NCBI GenBank assembly: GCA_964247055.1
Contig: OZ176056.1
Coordinates: 5,828,001-5,892,000 of the forward strand
Source of the DNA: Paragordius varius
Lineage: Eukaryota; Animalia; Nematomorpha
DNA: 64,000 nucleotides
Direction of reading: 5' to 3'
In this document: positions 41,501-59,200 of the stretch, piece after piece
Numbering within the stretch: position 1 is the stretch's first letter
Layout: every line of letters begins with the position of its first letter
Translations under genes and position numbers: made by a program
Notes under the pieces: generated by a model
What the model was told of the DNA's origin: nothing
What the model saw: only the letters and a program-made list of their open reading frames with translations
Database searches by the model: none

Positions 41501-41680
41501 AGAGACTATTGTATCATCATATTTAATATTAGTGGAATTGTGTTCGCAAATAATTGATGGTTGAAAATTATTATTTATAGGATTTGTATATTTATCTAAA
41601 TAAAATAATATTATACCATGGTTTACAAGTTTTAGCTCATTATTGGGGTTTAGACCTAAAACCAAAAAATTTAAAACCAT
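7388..41680 (-). CDS. DENND5: DENN domain-containing protein 5-like (Rab6-interacting protein 1): uDENN-DENN-dDENN-RUN-PLAT-RUN
   Basis: Motifs: uDENN LCCPYG and FHPFILTQEDGIQFYGYAL; DENN LPIFQYD..LLLEKQLLIVS and [29 protein letters not shown]; dDENN FDKEAFL..FETQLFTTF; HWKFVGALLHETKIRTKRML; RUN1 ENTLIGSMFCDLLCRVWSHG and YKRYAFIRCADECEQFL..VDYFCFTN; PLAT HPNLGVL..VRNELTG; RUN2 end FHLLHHYVRLLA..YEDYA; stop at 7388-7390. Inferred exons (minus): 41680-41501, 41476-41428, 41404-41190, 41112-41064, 36060-36018, 35541-35385, 35202-35145, 34274-34073, 33177-32933, 32463-32344, 31785-31598, 30510-30198, 29736-29512, 29206-~29004 (3' end unresolved), ~21690-21537 (5' end unresolved), 21323-21228, 21040-21002, 20933-20831, 20768-20741, 20683-20510, 19918-19711, 19612-19280, 19208-19077, 18159-17649, 17300-17145, 12185-12064, 11747-11602, 10668-10541, 10454-10318, 10249-10196, 10094-9844, 9726-9693, 8568-8235, 7565-7388. 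Phases agree except across 29004/21690. Confidence 0.9.
7948..8130. mobile_element. Tc1/mariner-type palindromic MITE (CAGTAAAA family)
   Basis: It starts TA|CAGTAAAATTTAAATTATACGGA. Arms ~7960-8020 and ~8053-8120 are reverse complements and the right end is decayed. Same family as 31811-32059. Confidence 0.6.
9311..9567. mobile_element. hAT-type MITE
   Basis: Imperfect TIRs gagggatgcccaa / ttagacactccta, subterminal gcggcc-type motifs, and near-TSD gtctaaag / gtctaata. Confidence 0.6.
10865..11154. mobile_element. MITE with TACCATTTACAC..AATTCA termini
   Basis: Left end taccatttacacacctcaaattca, right end gggtgaattgaagtgtaaattgcata. Same terminal family as 34332-34568. Confidence 0.5.
12231..12310. 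mobile_element. One-armed fragment of a Tc1-type MITE
   Basis: TA|CAGTATGAGTAAGTAT..ttgccaaata matches the TIR of the element at 19990-20182. Confidence 0.5.
12734..12785 (-). mobile_element. SINE body fragment
   Basis: ctcgcctgctcagggctgacagcgatgat closely matches ctcgcctgcccagggctgacagtgatgat at 35636-35664. Confidence 0.55.
15215..15379. mobile_element. Tc1/mariner-type MITE (165 bp)
   Basis: TA|CAGTAGCGTTTGGAATAAAA ... TTTTACTCCATACGCTACTG|TA, with an internal inverted symmetry (tagtccata/tatggacta). Inserted in a (TA)n tract. Confidence 0.85.
15384..16637. mobile_element. Large foldback MITE, second copy (~1.25 kb)
   Basis: TA|CACTGTGTGCAA ... TTGCACACAGTG termini; colinear with 5181-6356 along its length. 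Confidence 0.9.
19990..20182. mobile_element. Tc1/mariner-type palindromic MITE (193 bp)
   Basis: Arms gagtatgactaagtata..aaggacagtattattgg and ccaataatactgccctt..atacttactcatactg; TA on both flanks. Confidence 0.8.
21940..24910 (-). mobile_element. Degenerate Ty3/Gypsy element (gag-PR-RT-RNaseH-IN), left arm of a palindrome
   Basis: Gag LKNLAAACQFKGYIDELIREIFICG (~24840-24910) and integrase IWEWLHLDIAG (ORF 22694-22879). The RT lacks the YLDD codons seen in the right arm, and ~300 bp of the RNase H-integrase linker are deleted. Confidence 0.9.
24910..28340 (+). mobile_element. Degenerate Ty3/Gypsy element, right arm, with possible 3' LTR remnant
   Basis: Zinc knuckle CPGFGKECSKCHGKNHFGSQC (~25123-25185), protease MLFDTKADISLIS, RT YLDDVIVTG (26082-), RNase H DIRTDHKP, integrase IVTDNASYF and YAPYHPQANGLVER, and tail ERRYP. 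A tentative LTR (TG..AATAAA..CA) lies at ~28202-28338. Confidence 0.9.
31811..32059. mobile_element. Tc1/mariner-type MITE (CAGTAAAA family)
   Basis: TA|CAGTAAAAATT ... AATTTTTACTG|TA. Confidence 0.7.
32465..32503. repeat. (TA)n microsatellite
   Basis: Pure TA run. Other runs lie at ~15187-15214, ~21733-21757, ~33350-33376, ~34311-34333 and ~41770-41793. Confidence 0.95.
34332..34568. mobile_element. MITE with TACCATTT.CACCTC termini
   Basis: taccatttccacctcgtactcaccc / gggtgaattagaggtgtaaatagta are imperfect inverted repeats; adjacent to a (TA)n tract. Confidence 0.55.
35632..35745 (-). mobile_element. tRNA-related SINE
   Basis: The minus-strand head has an A-box-like TGGTATAGTAGGTAGG and a B-box GTTCGAACCC, followed by a non-tRNA body also found at 12734. 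There is no complete cloverleaf or acceptor stem. Confidence 0.65.
36400..39300 (-). mobile_element. Near full-length but degenerate RTE-type LINE (APE endonuclease + RT)
   Basis: APE start KFAAWNVGALVNK..IDICCIQEAR (~39030-39140), WWWKNDIK (ORF 38169-38393), HVFVDLERAFDQIPR, GLHQGSILSPLL, decayed FAND (FADD), VYLGDVIS and C-terminal RGDHSYNDNIKMDL. Multiple frameshifts. Confidence 0.9.
39440..40645 (-). mobile_element. 5'-truncated RTE-type LINE RT fragment of a second subfamily
   Basis: MKSKKASGPSEL..IPTDWEKSILFPIFKNKG (ORF 40338-40544), GLHQG.LSPLLF (~39950-39990) and VYADD (~39898-39912). Clearly diverged from the 36400-39300 copy. Confidence 0.85.
39714..39785. repeat. 36-bp direct tandem duplication
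   Basis: atgcctataatatcgcaatcatttgatagttttat occurs twice in succession. Confidence 0.95.
40648..40942 (+). mobile_element. RTE LINE fragment, inverted near-copy of ~38165-38465
   Basis: Sequence such as gtcgaaattttatggaaaaaatttaaatccacaa..ggtggtggaaaaatgatataaaaccattg matches the reverse complement of the 38170-38400 region at high identity. Confidence 0.9.
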
Positions 41681-43860
41681 TCTCAATTTAAAAATTTAAA
41701 TAATAACTTAAAATGGTAACAGATGTTAAATACACTGCGTCCAAAATTAGGGGTATAAAAATATTCATAGAAATATATATATATATATATATATAAATTC
41801 TAAGAGGATAATTATTAAAAATATTATAGTGCTTTTGGTGTTGGCGCTTACAATTGATATAAGAAATATTATCACTATTATTGTAACTGGTCCATATCAG
41901 AAAATAACAAAATTTGCGCACCTTTACACAAAATATTTTTAAAGAAAGGAGAATATTAACATTATGATTTATGTAACCTACATAACAATATATTCAAAAA
42001 ATTAATTTATGGATTTAAGCCCTGAAAGTCCCAAATTATCTCGCTTTTGTAAAATGGGCTAGTTCTCTTAATATAAACGCAAAAATAAGGATATTGTGCG
42101 ATAAAGATTTGAATGTTAAATATCAACTAAAAATATATTTTGTAATGCATACTTTTTTTAACAATTTATTTTTATCATTTTTGTTGAGGTTTACTTTCTA
42201 CTCTTTTGAGGGATGATGGAAATGGTATTAGAACGCTTTAAGGTATTATAAAAAAATATATTTATATAATTCTTAGTTTCTCAACATATCACATCTGAAA
42301 CAAAAATATTCGTTTCAAATGAAAAAATTTGTTTTTTTACAGATATTTACTATTTAAAAACAAACGAACCTTTAAATTAATGATGAAGCGATGAAAATGT
42401 TGAGTATTATCCAATTTATAGAAGTAGTGTTTTTATAATATCTTATCGCGTGTTTATGCCGTTTTTATCATCTTTTATTGGGGGTAGTATCTTAGAGCTT
42501 TTATTGTTATGAAAATTGTTTTGGTACATATTCCCATGTATTAGATAAAAATTATATATTTCACCACTGGTCCCAAATTCTGGTAGCCCCAAAACACGAA
42601 TGAAGATGCACCGTGATATTTAAATCGATAAAAATCACATATTTTCTGGTGAATTGTAACATAAAAGCCATCCAAAGTTAATTATATATATATATTTTTA
42701 ACCATCGTATACATTTATATGCTTGTTGTCATGATTTAAAATGTTTAAAAAGAAAAAGCGTCGAAATGGTTAATGAGGATTTTTTACAATATTTTTAAAA
42801 AAAAATCATTCACTTAAAACAGTAAGTAAATCATATTTTTAAATTTACCCAGCTCTATAAATATTTATAAATATTTATATTTTAAATGACCGTGAGATCA
42901 CCACAATAGTGTAGTAAGATGGGGGCCGATTAGACTTAAATGTCTTAACAAATTGGAGATATACTCAATCCGTAAATTAGTATATTTCTTAAGCAAATTT
43001 TCTGATTAAAATCTTTCAACTGGCAACGAAAATAAAAAATTGGTGAAAGGGAAAAAATTGTAGTTATATAGTATTTTAAAGTTCTATGTTTGATATTTGC
43101 GGCCAGTGGTATCTATTTGGTGGATACTCCTGTTAAAGTAATTTTGTATGACATATTTAAAAGATTTATGAGTTTTGGTAAGTTATTTATATAACTTCCT
43201 AATGTACACAGTACTGAAAACCTAAAATATTTGAATTCGATCATGTAAAGAAATAATTTATTAAAAATTAAAACGATTATCGCGCATTTACAAAATCTAT
43301 ATTTATGTACTTAAGGACAAACATATATAATTTAATTTATAATGATGTTATAATTAAAGAATAAAATTATGATATTACCGATATTTTAATTACTTATGAT
43401 AATTGATATTAATTTATGCCATAAAAACTTTGGGAAAAAGCAATTTAGATTTTTCTCATTCAGCCAAATTCCAAAAATAGCCAAGCATTGCTTTTACAAA
43501 TTATTTTTTAGAAAAAAATATATCTTAAAATTTTGTAAATATTTATATTACATTTCAAACTCAAAGATTTTCATTCTAATCATTATGCATGGGCCTTAAA
43601 AATATTTAACTTTGAAAAATATATGCCAATGGTAGTAAATTGTATAAGGTGTAGCAATAAAAATAAACCAAATTAATGGGTATTTAAAAAATAGATTATA
43701 AGATTCTGGATACGGCAATACCGTTTATGATATTTAAACATTAATAAAACTTTCTCTAAAATTGTTTCCCTCAATATTGATTATGCAATTTAGGCAATAT
43801 TTAAAAAGTAATATTAATTATTAAAACTTTTGGCACAGATTCGTTGTGACACCTTTAGAA

Positions 43861-45490
43861 CATGGCTTCTTAAACTTTTATACCCGATCCCATTTATGAT
43901 TGCGAGTTTCTTAACGACCCCAACAAATATAAAAGAAAATAAATAGTTTCGAATGTTGATAATATTTATCAGGATTATTTCGGTTTTGAGAGGTTGACAA
44001 AAATAAATCTACATTTTTTAAAATTTCTATAACATTTTCTGATTAATAGTAAATTTATACAAGATACTAGCTGACCCTGTCTTTCGGTGTGGCGTAGTCT
44101 CATTGATAAATATTTTTAATAATTTGCAATAAATAGTTTATGGAGATAAAAAATAATAATAAACATATTTAATAAAAAGAATGACTTTAATTATTTTTTT
44201 ACGGATTTTTCATATGATGAAATATTGTTCACTCGAAATTGACCATATTTAATCTGTCCCTTATTAAAGATATTCAACTATCATTGGATTTATTTTAAAA
44301 TTTTCGTTTTACGAAATCATGGTTAAAAGTTTTAATTTGAAATTGTGTTCAAACAGCGGGGATCAAGGGAATAAAAAGTAAATCATTTGTGGTCCCTTTT
44401 TAAAGGAAAGTATGAAATAATACAAATTCCCCAGAAATGTGTTTAACTGAACTCGAATGGCTTCTTAAGTTTTTTGAAAATTAGCTCCAAAACTACACTT
44501 ATTTTGTATGGCGTCTCAGTTTTAGGCTTGTAGACCCCTACCCATAGACCTATATGGAAAAAGCGCAGAGTTAAATTCTTTGCCTTTATAGGGGAAACAT
44601 TTGGAATCATCGTTGATACCATCGTCTCATGGGTTATTCGAAAAAATACCTCAACACTAAATAATCGTTATATGATGGCGTTTTAGGGCATAATAGCCTC
44701 ATATGAACGACTAATAAAAAAATCCAACCTTAATTTTTACCTAGTTACGGGTAATATTTCGAGCTTTTAATGAGCTCCTATGGCTTCATAAATTTCCTGT
44801 AAATTAGCTCCAAAACAACGCAATTTCTATATAGTGGCGCACTTTTAGCGGCTATCGTTTACCCAGCACCCAATGTTAAAAACGCAAAACTAAAATTTGT
44901 GCCTTTTAACAGAAAATAACTCGAATCCTCAGCAATTTTAACGGTCTCATACCCTGGGAATATTTAGTTTTTTTAAAAAATGGGATATTAAGGGGGAAAC
45001 GGGTAAAAAGAGAGCCTAAATTGAAAATGTAAGCCCATAAGGTTCGGGCAATCGAAAAAAAGTAAAAATAATCATATTTAAAATCGAAAGGTACAACACG
45101 TTTTTCGGAAAATTGTCTCATAGACACGATTTTTCTGGACTTCTGTTGTCAAAAAACCCGTTATTTACACGGGGCGGGCTTTAACTGGGAGCCTAATTCA
45201 ATAAAAGGGCGGAGCTATTGTCGGGGCAATGTTATATTTTTTTGACATTTGGATTTCAATGGATCTACCCGTTTTTCGGAAACAGATCAAAGCCAGCATT
45301 TTCCATTTTTATAATATATAGATATAAATGATCGGAAATGGTGATATAAACATCCGAACCAAAAGATTTTATGATAATAACAATAATTTTACAAGTATTT
45401 TTTGTTAAAATGTATTTTTATCACTCGTGACCCCATAATTTCGCTACGCTACTCCGAATGGGGTCGCGACCCATAGTTTAGGAAGCCCTG
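43861..45490. mobile_element. hAT-type MITE with a nested Helitron
   Basis: TIRs catggcttcttaaact / agtttaggaagccctg, with a perfect 8-bp TSD CTTTAGAA at 43853-43860 and 45491-45498. Confidence 0.85.
44067..45322 (-). mobile_element. Non-autonomous Helitron, same family as 3425-5005
   Basis: On the minus strand it starts A|TC at 45323/45322 and has a CTAG|T end at 44070-44067/44066. Region 44830-45322 aligns with ~4480-5005. The 3' hairpin is degenerate, so the 3' boundary is less certain. Confidence 0.7.
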
Positions 45491-45828
45491 CTTTAGAATG
45501 TTCTACCATAAAAAGAAGTTTTTTATATAAAAACAAAATCTTTTTGGGATATTATAAATAATTTTGACATAATATTTGTTTTAATACATTTGCATTTTTT
45601 AACAAAATTTAAGCTATAAACGATGATTTGGTTTTATTGGCTGATTTGGAAAATAGAAAACATATCAGTCCCTATAAATTGTCTAAATCAAAATCTTATT
45701 AAAAGATTTATCCAATAATTATTTAAATATATGAGAGTTATGTTTTTTACCCTCCTAAAAGCGGTCACATCATGATACAATTGATCAAGACATCTAAAAA
45801 TGTTACTTACCTATACATAGGAATATAC

Positions 45829-46837
45829 CAAGGCTTGTAACCCGAGCCTAAATTTGGAATCGGTTCCAAAACGGTTTTCAAAATTTTACCTTCTTAGATT
45901 TTCCATTCGGTTTTAGAACTGGTTCTCAATAGGATAAAACCGATTCTTAAAATGGTCCCGATCGTATATCCAAATATCTGTTAATTAATCTGAAAACATC
46001 CATATCTAAGCACCTATTTTATTAAATTAGATATGTAAGGGTTAATTCATTTATTTCGAATCAGCTTTTTGCAGTTTCATCTCACAAATTCCTTTAGTCA
46101 TAATATCCAAAGTTTCTTCCCTGCAGAAATAAATTATTAATTGGTTGTTTTTGGACGAATTGAACATTAATTAGTAGTAATGTTTTGTTGAAAATTTTTA
46201 TATATTTTCATACTTACTATTTTTTCTTTTAAAAATGAAATAATTTTTGTTTGCCGTCGCCATAACTCTGGTGCCTTTGAGATTCGATTTAATAAATTTG
46301 TGGTTAAATCTTTTTAATAATGGTTGAATGATTATTTTAACCAGAATCATTAAAAATGCTTACTGTAACCATTTTAAAAATACCTTTTTTAAAATTTTAA
46401 ACTTAATGGTTAAAGGTTTCTTTTCTTAAAATTAATAAAGTTTGTTGTGAACCACTAATAGAAATCTCGTTGATTATCCTGCAAATTTGGAAAAAACGTT
46501 CTAAGTGTAACTTTTAATGTTTAAAATAAGCGTTATGTGATCTTTTACTTTATAATTCCCATTTATAGCATTAATGGTATTCTTGTACTTCAAAATACTT
46601 TACATAAAGTGTTTTTTATCCTCAATTGCAAAAATAATGTTTTAAAGGATCTGACAAAAAAAGGCATACAGATGCATTTTAAATCATTATATAAGCGTGT
46701 AAACAGAACCGGTTAAAGTGCTTGAAAATTTCTCCTTCCAGTTCCTGTTCTTTATATTTTTTGGTTTCAAAACCGTTTTTTAAATTGGATATTCTAAAAT
46801 GGTTTTAAATTGTTAAAACTGTTTTGGTTTAGCCCTG
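45829..46837. mobile_element. Non-autonomous hAT-type element (~1 kb)
   Basis: TIRs caaggcttgtaacc / ggtttagccctg, near-perfect 8-bp TSD gaatatac / gaaaatac, and repeated aaccg/cggtt subterminal motifs at both ends. Confidence 0.7.
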
Positions 46838-46930
46838 GAAAATACATAATATTTCGCATAAAATTTCCGTGTGTAAAAACCTTTATTGATAAATTAACAG
46901 TAAATGCAAAATGTAGATCATAACTGATAT

Positions 46931-53232
<6,302 letters not shown>

Positions 53233-56200
53233 CTAAAATGATAAATATCATAAATTTAGCGTTAAATATCTATCTTATAGATTTATCTGGTATCATATTT
53301 TGTTATCAGATTAACTAATTAATTTTTCTTTTTCCCAACAAAAATACTTTATTGATTTTATTTATTTCTTAATTTGTCAAGGATTTACAGAATTCCGTGA
53401 CTTATTTAATATATCTACACAATCGGTGTAAATTTTAGAGAGAAAAACTATTTATAATTATTAAAACAATTATTGCTTTTTAAAAATATATTAATTTTTT
53501 TTTTGACTAAACTTTTTGCCATTATCACCAGAAACCAGAATAAGTAGACTCTCGATCAATATTTAACCCAAATTTTAGCGGTTTTATTTTTATTAATTAA
53601 TCAACCAGATCTTAACAATTGTTAGCCGGTCAAGCGGTTTTAATGGCATGGTTATATTAATGCCTGCCACCTGAAATCATTTCAACGGCTTCGATTTAGT
53701 TTTGAAGAAAATGAAATTAAGTGGAATAAGTTTATGTTTGCTAAATTTAAGCTTTACAGGTAAAAAAACCGCTTTGGGAGAGCGAACGTTATTTTTCTAA
53801 ACGTTTCAAACTTAGAACTGACAAACTTTAAATTTTCAAACCAAGTTTTATTTTTTTGTAATATAGTTTTATTTTTTAAAAGAATTTTCCAAAAGTATTT
53901 ATTTTTTATTATTCCCAATCAGGGTAAAAATGAAATTCAAAAATAATCAAGTATTACTATTAGTACTAATAATATGGTTTGCAAAAAGGATCTCTGGTGC
54001 CCAATAATTACTTTAATTCCGTTTTCAAATATAAAAAATTACCCAACCAGCTCGGTTTTGGTTACCTTATTGGTCTAATTAAATGGGTTAAATAATAATC
54101 TTTGTTTAACACTTAATGACCTATTGGGGTGGTTATATCATATTTAAAATTTCAAAACAATAAGCATTGCACCATTAATATATGTTTTTAGCCTTTTAGG
54201 CGGATAGAAAATATTTTCTAAATATAAAATTGAGAATAATCAATTCCAACATTTTTGCCGCCATTTTTTATATCGTATATACAACAGGCGATAATGTATA
54301 TTTTGGAACATTCAAATTGAATACCAGCAAAATGATATTTAATTTTAATATCAGCTGTTGGTTTCGATCGTGTTTAATGTGGGCTCTAAAAGTTAAAAAA
54401 CTGTGGAAAATAGTTTTTTTCTTATGCACTAAGAGAGAGTTTGATAATAATTTTTAACCAAAACAACGCGTAAATGAGTAGTTTCTTTACCAAGCTCTGG
54501 GAATAAAAATATGTGGTGAAATGTTAAAAATATATATCTAACACGAATATTATTTAATTTAAAAAACACGGTGCACAGCAAAAAATAATTGTAAATGAAT
54601 ATATCATTCGATAGCTAAAAACTTGATATGATAGAAAAGAGTTATTTGATTTTCCTGTAATTAACAAAAAAAATCGCATATTAGGTCTTAAAATTATAAA
54701 CAATAGATGAAAACGTGTCTACAAAATTTAATGGTTTAAATATAACATAATGATAAATATAAACGCAAAACATTATCAAAAAAGATTTTAAATTTTTACG
54801 AGGGATAGCCCTTTGAATTTGATCATAGAAACTTGTTAATATGCGGTAAGAGATTTTAATTTTTATTAAAATAATCATATAATATATATATGGAGAGTGT
54901 TTATACAATATATCGGCTTCTAAAAAATTAAGATTTATATAAAGAAATTTAGATAATTTGAAAGCGGAAGTTTACTTTTGATGTCAAAATTTAGTTATAT
55001 ATTTAAAATTTTTATAGCGCAATCCGCCATTTTCGCGTATATATTTAGAGAACTAGCCTATTTAAGAAGGGCAAAAAATTTACGACTTTTGAAGCTTAGA
55101 TACAAAATTTGAAATTTAAAAATGTAGCTTTGCTTTATGTAGGTAGTTTGATATATTATAGTGGTATTTTTTGGAGCAAAGCATTTAGCTTTCACCAAAA
55201 AGTTTTTATAAAATGTTCGCAAATTTTGCCATTTTTACAGAGGACTTACCACAAAAGTGTAATAACTTTCATATATCTCGTAAGGAACCTAACCAAAACC
55301 ACCACGATAATCCTGATACATTATTTAGTTATTTATTTATATCCCCAGATTTTGGACGCAGTGTTATTCTATATAATTCGTTGATCTAAAGATGTTAAAC
55401 ACACATCAGTATTTAAATTTAATTTGTTTGTTTTTTGAATTTAAATTAAATTAAAATGTGTTTTTACAAATAATCCACTTTGGGATGAAGACAAACGAAT
55501 GTTTTGAACAGAATTATATTATACCAATAATGTGTCTTTTAATACCATAAAATAATACGCAACACAATTTTCATAACTAACTTTTTAAAAAATGCATTTT
55601 TCATAATATCTTTTTGGTGTCATAAATCAGCAGCCATATATTAAAAATTATCTTTACAAAACATTTGCCTTTATTTGAAAAAAACTAGCCCATTTTAGTT
55701 AAGACCAAAAATTTGGGATATTCGTAAAAGTAGAAATATATTTCTTAGACGACTTGTTAGGCCCAAAACGAAGAGTTTGATCACAATGCTGATGTTTCGA
55801 TCAGAAAATATATATTTGATATTGCACATATAAAATTCAAAATGTCTAATTTTTTATTTCATTATTTTAATTTATTTTAGAAATATAAGAAAAAACTGAT
55901 TTCAAAACAAAAATGAGGCTAATTTAATATCGATTTTCTTAAATTAAATACGGTACATTAAGTTTTAATAAATACTCCATATTTAATATTTTTTAACTTA
56001 TATAAAAATTTTCAAATTAATTTTTGATGATCATATTCAACGAGCTAATAAATCTGTGGAGTTCGAACTTAAAAACCTAGAGTACAAATTCATGAGATTT
56101 AATGGTTTTAAATATTTATTTGTATTGAATATTACCCGTTACCGGACGGTTCACACATACTCATATTAACACCCCATATCAAGTATAGGAATCGCATTTA

Positions 56201-59200
56201 AAATGGATTCAGTGGTATAAATTATATAAGCTTTTGCAATTAAATTAGAGTAATGCTTAAATTAAACCAAAATTATTTTATAATATATAATATAAAATTA
56301 AAAACACAAGTCCGAGTAAAACGGAACGGAAACATCCAAATTTAAATTGCATAAACTATTTATTATACAATTAGAAAAATAAATCTGCCAATTATAGATT
56401 AATATATGATCGCTATAAAATTAATCATTACAGATAAATAGGGTCTTATATGTTTTATTATTAAAATACCGATTGGAATTTTGAATAATCCTTTTAGGGG
56501 TGGTCGTTGAGTTGAATTGGCCCTCAAAAAGGCCAAAAGTGGGATAATGATATAATAAATCCAGAAAAATAAATTCATAAATAATTTGTATAATTAAAAT
56601 TTTATTTTGTGCATAACATATTTAAAGGACAAATAAATACTTCATGTTTTTTGGTAATTGTATGTTTGAAGAAAAAAAATAAATTTTAAAAAAAAACTAC
56701 AAATTCAATGTTTTATCAACTTTGTGCATTATGTGTATTAATATTATTGGTCCATATTAACGTTATGTCACATCACATTTAATAAAAGATATCTTTTGAA
56801 CGTAATGTGTGCTAATGCAAAAAAGCAAACTGGACATCATAAGCTCCAACTTTTATCTATCAATGCCATCATTCAAATAATAAAAACAGTTAAGAAATTT
56901 ACTAACATATCTATAGAAATACATATATTTATAAAAACTATGCGATTTTTAATGTTTTGTTGTCTATAAAAAATGGTAGTTTGGGAACAGGTATAAATAA
57001 CATACAATATAATTTTTATTGGTTTTTTCTATGGAAATATTTTATTACTTTTAATTAAAATAAAAATATGTAAAATATTTAATATAAGGAGCTTGGTAAT
57101 ATTTTTAACGTTTTTTTCATTCATGTATGTATATTTTAAATTTACATTTAAATGAAAAATTTTACATCTTGATTCCTTGGCTAGTTACTTATTCCCTGTA
57201 GTATAAATTCAATGTCATATTTTAAATCCAAGATAGAATCTGCAATGGTAATATATTGACCACAATTGTAAAATTGTATAATACAGAATTAAATTTTCAT
57301 TTTATCAGGATGAAACATATAATCTATAGGGGTGGCTTTTGGACAAAATATATAACTATTCTAAAAAATAGAGCTAATTGCACTCAACTAACAAATAATA
57401 AAAGTTTTTTTTGTTGTCGTCATTTTAATAGTGTCCGCTTAAGGTTCAAAAAAGTACACAGTTATTAAATATTGGAATAAATTAAGGATATTTTTTGATT
57501 AAATATTTACACAGTCACCACATCTTCATTAATATTCAGTGTAAAAAATACAAAAGCATTTGCAGTTATGTGATATATTTTTTTGATATAGCTTCATTTT
57601 TAGGATTTTTTTGTTTTTAAAACGGAAATCCAACGAAAATGCTTTAAAACAAAATTAGCCCCTTAAACACTTCATAATGCCATATAATATATAATCGTTC
57701 AATTTATATTCTGCAATTTATAGTAAAGGATAGCAAATAATTTCATGACAATAAATTAATCATTGCAGGACGCTTTGCAGGCCGCATTTACATATATGGA
57801 TATTAACAAATATTTTGGATTTCAAACATAAGTCTGTAAAAACTACTATTTGTTTTAACAATTTCCGCAAGTTCATTCCCAAAATTCATAAGACATATTC
57901 AGAAAATTTGTTTAAAAAAATTTTAAGTTATTGTAAAATTTTGTTTTTGAAATTTCTCGCAGGCTACAAAAATATTTTGGGGCCGCACGATATTTTATTC
58001 TTTATTATCTTGAGTAGTAACTATAAAGTTTTATTTACAATATCAATCATTGGATTTAAGATTCTGACAATGTTAAGGATTTATGTATTGTGCATCTTTT
58101 GAGATAATATGCTAAATTTTTAGTAATAATTTAAATAAAAAATAATCATAAATTACAATTTATATATTGTCTAAGCAAAATTTAAATTCATTTTCATTAA
58201 AGACTCTATTAAATAACTAAAGCCCAATTAGTAGGATGATATATTGGAGAAATAGTCTACCCTATCATATGATATATAGCTCTTTTACTTTTTAAAAATC
58301 TGAGGTACGGTTAAATTAGGTCGGCTATAAAACTAAAAAGATATAAAATAGGGTCATGGATCTTTCATAGCTAGTGAAGTTGTAAAATTTGAATAAGCGT
58401 ACAAATTTATTATTTGTTGTCCAAAAAGTTAAATGAATATAGTAAATATTTATCTTAAATATGGTAAATTATATAAGTATATATATATATAACCAAAATG
58501 AAAATCTATTGCATTAGGGTCGATAGAACCTAAAAATCATGGATAATAAATCTTAAAATTGGCTAGAATGCCAATTATATTATATTTTAATTATTTACTT
58601 TTTAAAGATAAAGTCAAATAGTGCTTATTTAAAGGTCATTCCATATGATATTTTTAAAAGCTAACATGTGTTTTTATATTTTAACACCGAAAATTCTGGA
58701 ATAGAATCATATGATTTGTTTTCGCAATACTAACATGCCATTGATGAAAATCATTTTTCTCCAATAATACAATATAGCCCTCCTGTGTTTTAGTTTTATA
58801 TGATTATATGAAATGCAAAATTTATTATATATAATAAACAGAGACGTGTTTATATTATACAGGTTAGCACTAACCGGGAATTTTTTGGAAAGAATTAAAT
58901 TGGCAACAGTAAAACTGGAACTAGGTGTTGCAAAGCAAGAAAAAAGCTAGTTTAGAATGATTCTTTTAATATATAATTATACACAAGACAAACATTTATG
59001 GTTATATAAAATCATCGCTAAAATAAACATCATATTCGTAGAGTGAATATACATTATAGTGCCCACAAAAAATATTAAAAATATGTGCAGGATTATCTTT
59101 TGGTATAAAGGCTTACGAGTGTATCTTAAAATCACAAAATTTTTGCACGTTTTGTTAAATAAAGATTTTTTGGTGAAAACTAAATGCTACCTTTCAAAAA

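Noticed and set aside
46050-46125. Extra terminal exon of the receptor (EETLDIMTKGICEMKLQKADSK)
   Set aside because: It lies inside the hAT element 45829-46837, and its phase does not fit a donor at the receptor's end.
54230-58102. Short ORFs between the receptor and its duplicate (54230, 54681, 55109, 57256, 57815)
   Set aside because: They have Ile/Phe/Lys/Asn-rich composition typical of random AT-rich DNA, with no motifs or convincing splice pairs. The receptor's signal-peptide exon may be in this region but could not be identified.
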